A DNA stretch of 35,490 nucleotides from an uncultured Deinococcales bacterium (GTDB taxonomy: Bacteria > Deinococcota > Deinococci > Deinococcales > JAAFIG01), in contig CAXTKV010000028.1 of assembly GCA_964244895.1 (NCBI GenBank), positions 1-35,490 of the forward strand. The letters run 5' to 3'. The notes under the pieces are model-generated. The model saw only the letters and a program-made list of their open reading frames with translations, was not told the origin of the DNA and ran no database searches. The stretch's first letter is position 1; each line of letters begins with the position of its first letter. The position numbers and the translations under genes are program-made. Positions 17,228-26,462 of this stretch are shown in pieces.

Positions 17228-19519
17228 CTAATTCGGGGTCGGCAGCGTCACCGCGAAGCACGCCCCACCGAGGCGCACGTCCGGGCTGTCGTCCAGCCAG
17301 ACGCGCCCGCCGACGCTTTGCGCGATGCGTTTGACGATCGACAACCCGACGCCCGTTCCGGCATCGCCCTGCTTCCAGAAGAGTTGAAACACCTGATCGC
17401 GGTGCTCGGGTGCAATGCCGGGGCCGTTGTCGGCCACGCGCAGACGAACCATGTTCGCACCGTCCGCCGCCCAGTCCATCCAGACGGTCGGCGGCTCGCC
17501 GGGGCGTCCGGCGAAGCGCAGGGCGTTTTCGAGCAGGTTGGAAATCACCTGCTCGAGTTCGCTCCTGACCATTCGCACGACCGGCCAGGTCTGCGGGAAA
17601 TCCAGGCGCGCGCCGCGCACGCGGCGTCGGCTCTCGAGTTCAGCGGTGATGCCAGCCACGATCTCGCCCAAATCCAGGGTTTCGGGCGGATCGCTGGTGC
17701 GTCCGACCCGAGAGACGGTCAAGAGATCGTTCAGCAAGCGGTTCATGCGTTTGACGTTGTCCGCCACGCGCTCCAACGCGAAGCCCGCTTCGGTTGTATC
17801 CCCGCGCGAAACCGCGTCGGCGCTCATGCTGGCCATGCCGGAAATGGACAACAACGGCCCGCGCAGGTCGTGGCTGGCGGTGTACACGAAGGCCTCGAGT
17901 TCCGCGTTGCGCGCACCCAACTCGCGGGTGCGTTCCTCGACGCGTCTTTCCAGGTCTGCTTTGAGTTCGAGTTCGGCGGCGAACAGGCGCGAACGCTCGA
18001 GCGCCAGCGCGCACTGGCGCGCGATGGTCAGCGCGAAACCGCGTTCGGCCTCGTTGAAGTTTCTGGGCGTGTGCGTGGACAGTTCCATCGCGCCCAGCAA
18101 GCGCCCCTGAAGCTCCAAGGGTACGGCGATCCACGCGCCCTCGATCGGCGAGCCGTGCGGGTCGGTCAGGGGCGCGTACTGCTCGTTCCAGTGCGCGGCG
18201 GAATCGATCAATATCGCGCGTTGTTCGCGGGCGGCATCCGTCAAGGGCAGGTGCCGCGCCAGCTCGAGCGAACGCTTTTCGTCCAGCCCGACCTCGGCGT
18301 AACCGACGGCGCGCACCAGTTCCAGCGATTGGCCATCGGCTGAAACCGTATATACCGCTCCCGCGTCCGCCCCGAGCGCCTGAATGGACTGGTAAACGAC
18401 GATCTCGGCCACGTCGGTCGGCAAGAAGGCTTCGGCCAGGGCGGCGGTGACGGTTTGCAGACGGCTCGTGCGGTTGACGGCGGCCTCGGCGGCCTGACGG
18501 GCGGCGCGCTCCTTGGCGTGAATTCCGGCGATCTCGACGCTCATCGCGGCGCGCCGCGCCAGTTCTTCGGCCAGGCGCTCGTCCTGCTCGTCGAAACGCC
18601 GCCCGGATTCGTTGGTGCCCAGGTTCAGCACGCCGATCACGCTCGAGCGTAAACGCAACGGCACGATCAACTGAGAAATCGGTAACTGCGAGATCGCCTG
18701 CTGCACCGTGTTGGCCGCGTTCTCCGGCGCTAAAGCATCCGCGAAGGCTTCCGGCAACGATTTCGGATCGACTTCCATCCGCGCTTCGCGCCGCGAGGCG
18801 TGGTTGATCCGGCGCGTCAGGCCATCGTTGAAAACCTGCCCGATCACGCCCGCCTGCGCTGGATCGATCGTCGGAGATTGCGCTTTCAGGGCCTGCGACG
18901 CCCAGGCCTTGCTCGGGTTGCGGTGGATCGTCTCGACCCGCTCGAGCAACCCCTGCTCGTTGGCCAGATAAATCGAACAGAAATCCGCCAGTTTCGGCAC
19001 GCTCAACCGCGCCAGGTTGCGCAACGTGGTCGAGAGTTCCAGCGATCCGATCAAGGCCTCGCTCGCGTCCGCCAGAAAACTCGCGCCCGCGCGGTAACGG
19101 TGAACGGCGTCCGTCTCGGTGGACATCGCCAACCAGCCCAGCATTCTGCCGTTGGGTTCCAGCACGGGTTCCAGACTCGTGCGAAACCAGGTGGCTTCCT
19201 CGCTCAAGCGCTGCCAGCGGCATTCCAGCGCGACCCCGCTCTGCGCTCGCCTGGCCTCGAGCCAGCGTTCGTTGAAGAGTTCGCGGTCTTCGGGGTGCAG
19301 GAATTCGCCCAGTTCCTCGATCCTCAAGCCCAGCGCGTCCAGCCCGACGTGTTCCGTCCAGCGACGGTTGACGAACCTGACCGTGCCCGAACGATCCGCC
19401 AGCCAGGAAAGCGCGGGCAGCGCCTCGAGCATTCCGCGCAGCATGACTGTCCCCGTGTTGGTTCTTCGCGTCGAATCGACGTTGCCATCGTCGAAGACCG
19501 GATCGGAAATCATTCTCAT
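17228..19519 (-). CDS. Cytoplasmic PAS-GAF-GAF sensor histidine kinase
   Basis: PAS (FVNRRW..LHPEDR), two GAF-like segments (LIVPL..GVLNL; IAVPL..GAMEL), H-box ASHDLRGPL, N-box NLLENA, DNGPGI, GTGVGL; exact start uncertain. Confidence 0.9.
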   Translation of the reverse strand: MRMISDPVFDDGNVDSTRRTNTGTVMLRGMLEALPALSWLADRSGTVRFVNRRWTEHVGLDALGLRIEELGEFLHPEDRELFNERWLEARRAQSGVALECRWQRLSEEATWFRTSLEPVLEPNGRMLGWLAMSTETDAVHRYRAGASFLADASEALIGSLELSTTLRNLARLSVPKLADFCSIYLANEQGLLERVETIHRNPSKAWASQALKAQSPTIDPAQAGVIGQVFNDGLTRRINHASRREARMEVDPKSLPEAFADALAPENAANTVQQAISQLPISQLIVPLRLRSSVIGVLNLGTNESGRRFDEQDERLAEELARRAAMSVEIAGIHAKERAARQAAEAAVNRTSRLQTVTAALAEAFLPTDVAEIVVYQSIQALGADAGAVYTVSADGQSLELVRAVGYAEVGLDEKRSLELARHLPLTDAAREQRAILIDSAAHWNEQYAPLTDPHGSPIEGAWIAVPLELQGRLLGAMELSTHTPRNFNEAERGFALTIARQCALALERSRLFAAELELKADLERRVEERTRELGARNAELEAFVYTASHDLRGPLLSISGMASMSADAVSRGDTTEAGFALERVADNVKRMNRLLNDLLTVSRVGRTSDPPETLDLGEIVAGITAELESRRRVRGARLDFPQTWPVVRMVRSELEQVISNLLENALRFAGRPGEPPTVWMDWAADGANMVRLRVADNGPGIAPEHRDQVFQLFWKQGDAGTGVGLSIVKRIAQSVGGRVWLDDSPDVRLGGACFAVTLPTPN

Positions 19520-19584
19520 TCACCGTAACGCATTTGAGCGCGCCGTGTTGCAAGCTGGGCCACCACCGAACAACGTGATATTGA

Positions 19585-19648
19585 TAAAGAACACCGTCCT
19601 AGACGGTGTTCTTTAAGTCCAAAGAGACGCGTGCGGGACGGTCTTCTC
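19585..19648. repeat. Palindromic repeat family copy (perfect short hairpin plus an extra arm)
   Basis: taaagaacaccgtc-cta-gacggtgttcttta, then cgcgtgcgggacggtcttctc. Confidence 0.9.
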
Positions 19649-20264
19649 AGTTCAGCGTGCGCTGTTCGACGCCCATCAACTCTGAGATGATCTCGAAACG
19701 CTCCAGGAGCGTGCGCGCCTCCAGGACGCGCTGACCCTGAGGGCCGCGCAGACGCAAGTTGGCGGCCACGAATGACGCCTTCAAGACCGGATCTTCCGGC
19801 ACGTCCGCGCGCACGTCACCGAAACGATCCTGAAACTTCACCAGGAAGCGCTCGATCACCTCCTGCGCCAGCCCGCGCACCCAGGTCGGGTTGCTCGGCT
19901 CCAACGGATCGAGCTCCACTTCAGCCACGGAATACGGGTATTTCTGATCGTCCACGCTGAGGATCTTGTAGCGCTCACCGCCGACGACCATGATTTCAGC
20001 GGTTCCGTCCTGGTTGTAACTGACCTGCGTCAAGTGCGCCAACGATCCCACCCGCGCGATCTGGGACTCAGTCCCGGTTGCGTTGGACTGATCGGCCTGA
20101 TCGGATTCGGTTTCGTTCGGCAGCACGCACGGAATCCCGAACGGTTCACCGGACGCCCGCACGCGCCCCAGCAACTCGCGGTAGCGCGGCTCGAACACGT
20201 AAATGGGCAATCCCATGCCCGGAAGGAGCACGATCTCGCCGATCGGAAACAGCGGTAGCTCCAT
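19647..20264 (-). CDS. LON peptidase N-terminal (substrate-binding) domain protein
   Basis: LPLFP...VLLPGM.LPIYVFEPRYREL motif; start re-called to MELPLF, with TAAACT 7 nt upstream (leaderless type). Confidence 0.85.
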   Translation of the reverse strand: MELPLFPIGEIVLLPGMGLPIYVFEPRYRELLGRVRASGEPFGIPCVLPNETESDQADQSNATGTESQIARVGSLAHLTQVSYNQDGTAEIMVVGGERYKILSVDDQKYPYSVAEVELDPLEPSNPTWVRGLAQEVIERFLVKFQDRFGDVRADVPEDPVLKASFVAANLRLRGPQGQRVLEARTLLERFEIISELMGVEQRTLN

Positions 20265-20523
20265 ACCAGACAGTTTACTTGGCGCACCGAGCATGGTCGT
20301 AGTCTCGAGCTACAGAAACCCGGATGACTGGACTACATTCCGAGTGTCATGTCCGTTACTGACCGTGGGCGTAAGCTGCGAAAGCTGTGACCGACGAAAA
20401 AATAGGAAACATTTCGCCATCTCACGTATCGCGTTACACCATCGGTACCGCGCCACAGTGCTACGCTGAGACCGTTCCGGCTCGCGAACACCCCACCCAT
20501 TTCGAGGTCTCGAGGAGGCTTCC

Positions 20524-20910
20524 ATGATCACCATCACCGAATTCGGCGCGCAAAAAGCCCACGAAATCCTGGAAAAAAATGGCAAACAGGACGCTGCCGT
20601 GCGCGTCTTCGTCAAATCTGGCGGTTGCAGCGGCTACAGCTACGGCATGGCGATTGACGACCGCACCCTGGACGGCGATACGTTTTATGAAAGCCACGGC
20701 GTCAAGATTGTCGTGGACAAGATGAGCATCCCCTACTTGCAGGGCGCGAAAGTCGATTTCGTCGAGACCATGCTCGGCGGCGGGTTCAGCATCGTCGAAA
20801 ACCCGAATGCGACCTCGAGTTGCGGTTGCGGCCACAGCTTCCGCACCGACGGCGCGAGCGTGCCCGAGGGCGAAGGCTCGAGCAGTTGCGGCAGCGGCAA
20901 CCAGGCGTAA
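20524..20910 (+). CDS. HesB/IscA/ErpA-family Fe-S cluster carrier
   Basis: [30 protein letters not shown]. Confidence 0.95.
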   Translation: MITITEFGAQKAHEILEKNGKQDAAVRVFVKSGGCSGYSYGMAIDDRTLDGDTFYESHGVKIVVDKMSIPYLQGAKVDFVETMLGGGFSIVENPNATSSCGCGHSFRTDGASVPEGEGSSSCGSGNQA

Positions 20911-20926
20911 GGTTTGAAGTTTCTCC

Positions 20927-20954
20927 GAGCCCTCGCGCCAGCGGGGGCTTTTTT
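20927..20954 (+). terminator. Intrinsic terminator after the IscA-family gene
   Basis: agccctcgc-gcca-gcgggggct followed by a T run. Confidence 0.85.
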
Positions 20955-20982
20955 GATGCTCGAGATCGAGTCTGTAAACCAA

Positions 20983-21035
20983 AAACACCGTCCAGCACGC
21001 GAATGAATGAAGGCGTGCAGGACGGTGTTCTCGTG
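20983..21035. repeat. Palindromic repeat family copy
   Basis: aaacaccgtccagcacgc...gcgtgcaggacggtgttctcgtg. Confidence 0.9.
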
Positions 21036-21043
21036 CCTCGAGG

Positions 21044-21745
21044 CTAAATTGTTCCGGCGGCGGCGCGATCCAGAAACCAGGTCAGGTTCAGACCGTGAAC
21101 TCGAGCGCCGGGCAGGTTTTCCGGCTCGAGGCGCGCTAAAACATCGACCTTGCCCGATCCCGTGACGATGAATTGCACGTTCCGAGCGGCGTTCAGCACG
21201 CTCAATCCAAGGCTGACGCGCGCCACCTGAGGCTCGAGCGTCGGGCCGGGATAGCTGGTCACGACGGGTTCGCTGGATTCCAGCGCGTCCGAATCGGGGA
21301 ACAACGACGCGGTGTGGCCGTCCGGCCCGAGGCCGAGGTGAATCAGATCGAACTGGGGTGCGCCATCGAAGTAAACCTCGAGTTCGGAGGCGTACTCGGC
21401 TTTTCCGGCGTCCTGCCCGAGCTCGCCCTCGATGCGGTGAACGTTGCCGCGAGGGATGCCGACGCGATCCAAGAGCGCCAGCTTGACCATCTTGAAATTG
21501 GATCGGTCGTCGTCCGATGGCACGCAGCGTTCGTCGCCGAAGAAGACGTGAACGCCGTCCCACGGCACGCCGTCCAACCGTGATATCGCCTCGAGCGCCA
21601 GCTTCGGGGTGCTGCCACCCGCCGCCGCGAACGAGAAGCGTCCCTGCGCACCGATCGCCTCGAGCGCGAGTTCCCGGAAGGATTCCGCGACTGCCGTTGC
21701 CACAGCGTCCGGGTTCTCGAGCACGCGTTTTACAGCGTCCGCCAC
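21044..21745 (-). CDS. pgl: 6-phosphogluconolactonase
   Basis: GGSTP, FFGDERCVP, LGLGPDGHTASLFP; overlaps the zwf end. Confidence 0.95.
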   Translation of the reverse strand: MADAVKRVLENPDAVATAVAESFRELALEAIGAQGRFSFAAAGGSTPKLALEAISRLDGVPWDGVHVFFGDERCVPSDDDRSNFKMVKLALLDRVGIPRGNVHRIEGELGQDAGKAEYASELEVYFDGAPQFDLIHLGLGPDGHTASLFPDSDALESSEPVVTSYPGPTLEPQVARVSLGLSVLNAARNVQFIVTGSGKVDVLARLEPENLPGARVHGLNLTWFLDRAAAGTI

Positions 21746-23193
21746 GAGCGATCCTCTCCGATCAGCGCGTCCGCGCTGGCTGGTCCCTGAGAACCGGACT
21801 CGTAGATTTCTGGTTGAATGTTCGCTTCAATTAATGGTTCGATCCAGGCCCAGCTCGCCTCGACCTCGTCCTCGCGCGGGAACAGGGCGGGGTCACCGAG
21901 CATCGCGTCCAGGATCAATCGTTCGTAGGCCAACGGCCCGACCTGTCCGAAATCCGTGTAGTTGAACTGCAACTCCATGGCGCGCAGCTTGCTTTCCAGA
22001 CCCGGAACCTTCGCGTCGAACCGCAGGTAAATCCCTTCGGTCGGCTGGATGTTCAGCACCAGCTCGTTGGGTTCCTGACCCTGCGGGAACATGTTCAACG
22101 GCTCGCGCTTGAAGCGAATCGCGATCTCGGTGCATTTGCGCGGCATGCGTTTGCCGCTTCGCACATAAAACGGCACGCCTTCCCAGCGCCAGTTCTCGAT
22201 CTCGAGCTTGAGGGCCGCGTAGGTCGGCGTGCTGGAGGTTTGAGACACTTTTTCCTCGTCGCGGTAGGCGGGAACGGTCTTGCCGTCCTGCTCGCCGGAA
22301 CCGTACTGTCCCAGCACCGCGATGCTGCCCGGATCGGTGATCGGTTTGAGCGCTCGGATGACTTTGACTTTCTCGTCGCGCAAAGCGTCGGCCTCTAAGG
22401 GGTGGTAATCCCCGACGCGGCGGCTGACGGGCGGTTCCAGCGCCGTCAGGCACACGAGTTGCATCGCGTGGTTCTGGATGATGTCGCGCAGCACACCCGC
22501 TTCCTCGTAGAAGCCGCCGCGACCCTCGACGCCCAGATTTTCGGAAACCGTGATCTGGACGTGATCGACGTAATTGCGGTTCCATAACGGTTCAAAGATC
22601 GTGTTGGCGAACCGGAGCGCCAGCATGTTCTGCACGGTTTCCTTGCCCAGAAAGTGATCGATCCGGTAAATCTGGGATTCTTTGAAGACCGTGTGCAGCA
22701 AGCCGTTCAAATCCTGCGCGGATTTCAGGTTCGTACCGAACGGTTTTTCAAAGATGATCCGGCTGAAACCCGTCGTCTCGTCGCTCAGGCCGGACTCGCC
22801 CAGGCCGCGCGCGATGCTCGGGAAGGCGCTCGGTGGGACGGAGCAGTAAAAAAGCTTGTTCGGCAGCACGTGCCGATCCAGGATGCGCCCGATGCGCCTG
22901 AAGGATTCCACGTCCGCGAAATCCGCCTGCGCGTACTCGAGCGCAGCCTTGAACTTCTCCCAGACGCCCTCGTCGAGATCACCGATCTCTGTCGATTTCT
23001 CCAGGCTGGTGCGGGCAGATTGCACGATCTGCTCGATGTTCAATTCCTGCCGCGAGACGCCCAGGATCACGAAGCGTTCCGGCATGTTGCCGTCCGCCAG
23101 CATCTTGTAGAGCGCGGGCAGCAACTTGCGGTTGGCCAGATCGCCCGTGATGCCGAAGACCACGATGCCGCACGGTTCCGGTTTGCCGTTCAC
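21730..23193 (-). CDS. zwf: Glucose-6-phosphate 1-dehydrogenase
   Basis: FGITGDLA.RKLLPALY, EKPFG, RIDHFLGKE, RWEGVPFY.RSGKR. Confidence 0.97.
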   Translation of the reverse strand: MNGKPEPCGIVVFGITGDLANRKLLPALYKMLADGNMPERFVILGVSRQELNIEQIVQSARTSLEKSTEIGDLDEGVWEKFKAALEYAQADFADVESFRRIGRILDRHVLPNKLFYCSVPPSAFPSIARGLGESGLSDETTGFSRIIFEKPFGTNLKSAQDLNGLLHTVFKESQIYRIDHFLGKETVQNMLALRFANTIFEPLWNRNYVDHVQITVSENLGVEGRGGFYEEAGVLRDIIQNHAMQLVCLTALEPPVSRRVGDYHPLEADALRDEKVKVIRALKPITDPGSIAVLGQYGSGEQDGKTVPAYRDEEKVSQTSSTPTYAALKLEIENWRWEGVPFYVRSGKRMPRKCTEIAIRFKREPLNMFPQGQEPNELVLNIQPTEGIYLRFDAKVPGLESKLRAMELQFNYTDFGQVGPLAYERLILDAMLGDPALFPREDEVEASWAWIEPLIEANIQPEIYESGSQGPASADALIGEDRSWRTL

Positions 23194-23212
23194 AGCACAC
23201 CCCGAAACCCGT

Positions 23213-23262
23213 AAAGACCGTCCTGGACGGTGTTCAAAGAAATATGTGCTGGACGGTGCTCG
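23213..23262. repeat. Palindromic repeat family copy
   Basis: aaagaccgtcctggacggtgttc...gtgctggacggtgctc. Confidence 0.85.
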
Positions 23263-23399
23263 CTCGAAACGCCGCCCGCGAGATTCGGCTGCGGCTCGTT
23301 GCTGACACTCTCCTCGAATGGAACCGTGGCAAGACTCATGATGCCGAGTCTAACGCCCTGTTGGATTCGGGGTTGGAGCCTGGAGTACGCGATGAATGT

Positions 23400-23442
23400 A
23401 TCGTCCGGGACGCGAGCTGTAAAACCCGTCCCAGACGGTTTT
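23400..23442. repeat. Degenerate palindromic repeat family copy
   Basis: atcgtccgggacgcg...aaaacccgtcccagacggtttt. Confidence 0.6.
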
Positions 23443-23456
23443 GTTGCGTCTCGAGA

Positions 23457-24290
23457 TCAGAAGAATTCGTCCAGCAGACGGTAGAACGCCAGTTTCTCGA
23501 GGTCGGGTTTCACGCCGTACCGCTCGAGAAACCGCGTCGAGTACCCGTTGAACTGCGGGTTCATGTCGCTTTCCAGGCTGCGCGCCATCAGCGCCAAGTC
23601 CTGCCACCGATCCGCGATTCCGGCCCGCCCCACGTCCACGAAACCGACGCTCGAACCGTCCAGGATCGCGTTCGGCGCGCAGGAATCGCCCTGGCAGAAC
23701 ACTGGATCTTCGCTCACGGGTTTGCGCTCGAGCAGTTCCTCGAGCAACTTTTCTGCCGTGTACCCGATGCGTTCCTCGTCCAGATCGTCCAGGTCGATCA
23801 ATCCCTTCTGGACGCGTTCCCTGGCCTGTCTTATCTTGACCTCGAGCCGCTGATCGAACGGGCAATCTTCAATTGGGGTCGAATGGAGGAGACGCAAGCC
23901 ATCCGCGAGCGAGTCCACCACGCGCGGAACCTCGTCTAGAGCCCAATCGCTGGATGCGTCGCGCCCCGGCAGCGCACTCGAGATCAGGTACTCGAGGCCG
24001 TCGTGCTCGAGAAATCGGATGACAGCAGGGACGCTCAAACCTCTGGATCGCATCCACTCGAGCTTCTCGGCTTCGGCGCGCACGGAATGTCCGGGGTCTG
24101 GGTCGTCTGAGACGGACGCGATTTTCAGGAACACCGTCTGGGACAGTGTTTTTTCGGGATCAGGTTTGTGCGTGCTAGACGGTGTTCCCGTGCAACGCCA
24201 CACGCCAGCGCAGGACATGCCGACCGTGACGGGTTCAAAAGAGAAGCCCTCGAGAATGTTCTCGAGGGCTTCTGGAAGATCGGGTTTCAT
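23457..24290 (-). CDS. aph: APH(3')-family aminoglycoside O-phosphotransferase
   Basis: GMS.A.V, VFLK, EAEKLEWM, QGDSCAPN (HGDxxxxN variant), GFVDVGRAGIADRWQDLAL, C-terminal FYRLLDEFF. Confidence 0.88.
   Translation of the reverse strand: MKPDLPEALENILEGFSFEPVTVGMSCAGVWRCTGTPSSTHKPDPEKTLSQTVFLKIASVSDDPDPGHSVRAEAEKLEWMRSRGLSVPAVIRFLEHDGLEYLISSALPGRDASSDWALDEVPRVVDSLADGLRLLHSTPIEDCPFDQRLEVKIRQARERVQKGLIDLDDLDEERIGYTAEKLLEELLERKPVSEDPVFCQGDSCAPNAILDGSSVGFVDVGRAGIADRWQDLALMARSLESDMNPQFNGYSTRFLERYGVKPDLEKLAFYRLLDEFF
24128..24188. repeat. Palindromic repeat family copy embedded in frame in aph
   Basis: ggaacaccgtctgggac...gcgtgctagacggtgttcc encodes residues G35-L55. Confidence 0.85.
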
Positions 24291-24292
24291 CT

Positions 24293-25897
24293 CTACCGGG
24301 CAAATTCCACGCTGCGGGATTCGCGCACGACCGTGACCTGAACCTGACCGGGGTACTCCATGTCCTGCTCGATGCGGTTGGCGATCTCGCGTGCGAGCAT
24401 GGCGGCTTTCGCGTCGGACACGCGCTCGGGCTGCACGATAATACGAACTTCGCGTCCGGCTTGAATCGCAAACGCCGTCTCGACGCCGGGGAAGCTGACC
24501 GCGATGTTCTCGAGTTGCTCGAGGCGCTTGACGTAGGTTTCCAGATCCTCGCGGCGCGCGCCGGGGCGGGCGGCGCTGATCGCGTCGGCGGCGGCGGCCA
24601 GCACAGAATAGACCGTCTCGCCGTTCTCGGGATCGTGGTGGTGCGCGATGGCGTCGATGACCTCAAGGGGCTCACCGAAGCGCTTGGCCAGGTTGATGCC
24701 GATCTCGACGTGCGTGCCCTCGATCTCGCGGTCGATGGATTTGCCGATGTCGTGCAGCAATCCCGCGCGCCGCGCCATGGTCGCGTCCAGGCCCAGTTCT
24801 GCCGCCATGATGCCCGTCAGGTGCGCGACCTGGATGCTGTGCTTCAAGACGTTCTGCGCGAAGCTCGAGCGGAAGTGCATCCGGCCCAGCAGTTGCAGCA
24901 AACCGGGCTTCAGGCCGACCACGTTCGCCTCGAGCGCCGCTTCCTCGCCGCGCTCCAGGATGTAGGTTTTCATCTCGTCCTGGGCTTTGGCGACGACTTC
25001 CTCGATCCGGGTCGGGTGGATGCGTCCGTCGGCCACCAGTTGCTCCAGGGCTTTGACGGCGACCTCGCGGCGGATCGGGTTGAAGGAACTCAGGATCACG
25101 GCTTCCGGCGTGTCGTCGATGATCAGGTCGACGCCCGTCAGGGATTCGAAGGCGCGGATGTTGCGACCCTCTCGCCCGATGATGCGGCCCTTCATGGCGT
25201 CCGACGGGATCGGCACGACCGATACGCTCATGCTGGCGGTGGTTTCGCTGGCGGAGCGCTGCACGGCCTGCGCGATGATGTTCTGCGACTGGCGTTTGAC
25301 TTCCAGTTGCACCTTGTTGACCATCGCCTTGACGCGCACGCCCTTCTCTTCCTCGAGTTCCGCGTCCAGTTTTTCCAGGATCTGGGTGGCGGCCTGCTCG
25401 CGGGAGAGCTGCGCGACCTCGTAAATCTTGCGGTCGGCCTCTGAAAGCTTGACCTCGAGCTGAGATGACAATTCCTGGTAGCGTTTCTGATCGGTGTTAA
25501 CTTTTTCTTCGAGCGCGTCCATCTTCAGGGCGCGCGCGTCGAGTTGCTCACCGCGCCGGGACAGGCGTTCGGTTTCCAGGCGGGCTTCCTCGCGTTCGAC
25601 CCTTAAGCTGTCGCGCTCGGTGCGGATCGCTTCGCGTTCGCGCCGACCGTCCTCCTCGAGCCGCGTCTTGTCCTCGAGGGCTCTGGCGCGAGCCTGAACT
25701 TCGGTCTCCTTGCGGATGCGGTCGGCGTCCTTCTCGGCCTGCCGTCGGATGGCTTCGGCGTCTCGTTGCGCTGCTTCGCGGATGCCCGCGTCTGCCCTGG
25801 AACGCTCCCGAAGGGCGCGCTGGGCCTGGCTGCTGGCGAACAAGTAAGCACCGATACCACCAACGAGCAAACCAAGAACTCCAAAAAGAAGTTCCAT
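24293..25897 (-). CDS. rny: Ribonuclease Y
   Basis: N-terminal TM helix, coiled coil, KH motif KGRIIGREGRNIR, HD motif GLLHDIGK, YPGQVQVTVVRE; AAGGAG RBS. Confidence 0.97.
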   Translation of the reverse strand: MELLFGVLGLLVGGIGAYLFASSQAQRALRERSRADAGIREAAQRDAEAIRRQAEKDADRIRKETEVQARARALEDKTRLEEDGRREREAIRTERDSLRVEREEARLETERLSRRGEQLDARALKMDALEEKVNTDQKRYQELSSQLEVKLSEADRKIYEVAQLSREQAATQILEKLDAELEEEKGVRVKAMVNKVQLEVKRQSQNIIAQAVQRSASETTASMSVSVVPIPSDAMKGRIIGREGRNIRAFESLTGVDLIIDDTPEAVILSSFNPIRREVAVKALEQLVADGRIHPTRIEEVVAKAQDEMKTYILERGEEAALEANVVGLKPGLLQLLGRMHFRSSFAQNVLKHSIQVAHLTGIMAAELGLDATMARRAGLLHDIGKSIDREIEGTHVEIGINLAKRFGEPLEVIDAIAHHHDPENGETVYSVLAAAADAISAARPGARREDLETYVKRLEQLENIAVSFPGVETAFAIQAGREVRIIVQPERVSDAKAAMLAREIANRIEQDMEYPGQVQVTVVRESRSVEFAR

Positions 25898-25964
25898 GGT
25901 GTCTCCTTGATGTCCTGCGTGAAATGAAAACGCGTTTCGGCCTTTAAGCCGAGGAAGTGATCTG

Positions 25965-25999
25965 TCATGTCAGGGAATCTCCCTGACATGAGCATAACA
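25965..25999 (-). promoter_or_regulatory. Probable rny promoter: extended -10 followed by a perfect 27-bp palindrome
   Basis: Minus strand TGtTATGCT runs directly into tcatgtcaggga-N3-tccctgacatga (25965-25991). Confidence 0.55.
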
Positions 26000-26125
26000 C
26001 CCGTATGAGTCAAGACCGTCGTGAGGCGCGCGATTGCGCCTGATGGCGGGCGCTCAAGGGTCACGAACACCCCGCCGCTCACCCCTCGAGAACGCCGTTC
26101 ACGAGTTGGCGCAACCGCCCAACGA

Positions 26126-26161
26126 GAACCCGACCGTCCTCATGGGAAGACGGTCGGGTTC
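26126..26161 (-). terminator. 13-bp hairpin after the small ORF, probable terminator
   Basis: gaacccgaccgtc-N10-gacggtcgggttc, 14 nt downstream of the stop; U tail is weak. Confidence 0.55.
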
Positions 26162-26175
26162 GTGATGACGTTGGC

Positions 26176-26340
26176 TTATTTGTCAGAGGGCGGTGGTGGC
26201 GGGTTGTTCGCGTTGGCCCAGGGCGTCCAACCATCGATCGTGGCAACGACCGGGCTGGTCGAGGCGTGCTTCATCGGTGTCGCGGTGCCTAAAGATCCGA
26301 CGAGCAATGCGGCGAAGAGAATCATGACCAATTTTTTCAC
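26176..26340 (-). CDS. Small secreted peptide precursor, 54 aa (MKKLVMILFAALLVGSLGTATPMKHASTSPVVATIDGWTPWANANNPPPPPSDK)
   Basis: AGGAGG 6 nt before GTG; MKK plus a hydrophobic h-region; TAA followed by a hairpin; shorter than any ORF in the supplied track. Confidence 0.75.
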   Translation of the reverse strand: MKKLVMILFAALLVGSLGTATPMKHASTSPVVATIDGWTPWANANNPPPPPSDK

Positions 26341-26462
26341 GTACAGCCTCCTGGAAAGGAATAACGTTCTCCCACGAAGCTAATCAACGACTCATTGTTA
26401 AATTCTTACAGGCGAGGGTGGCTCGTTGACTCGAGTTCAATGCGTTGATCTCGAGATCGATT

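Noticed and set aside
23457..24290. aph as a transposon- or vector-derived marker
   Set aside because: It is clearly divergent from nptII/aphA-3 as I recall them, carries the host CTCGAG signature and a host repeat, and has no IS ends.
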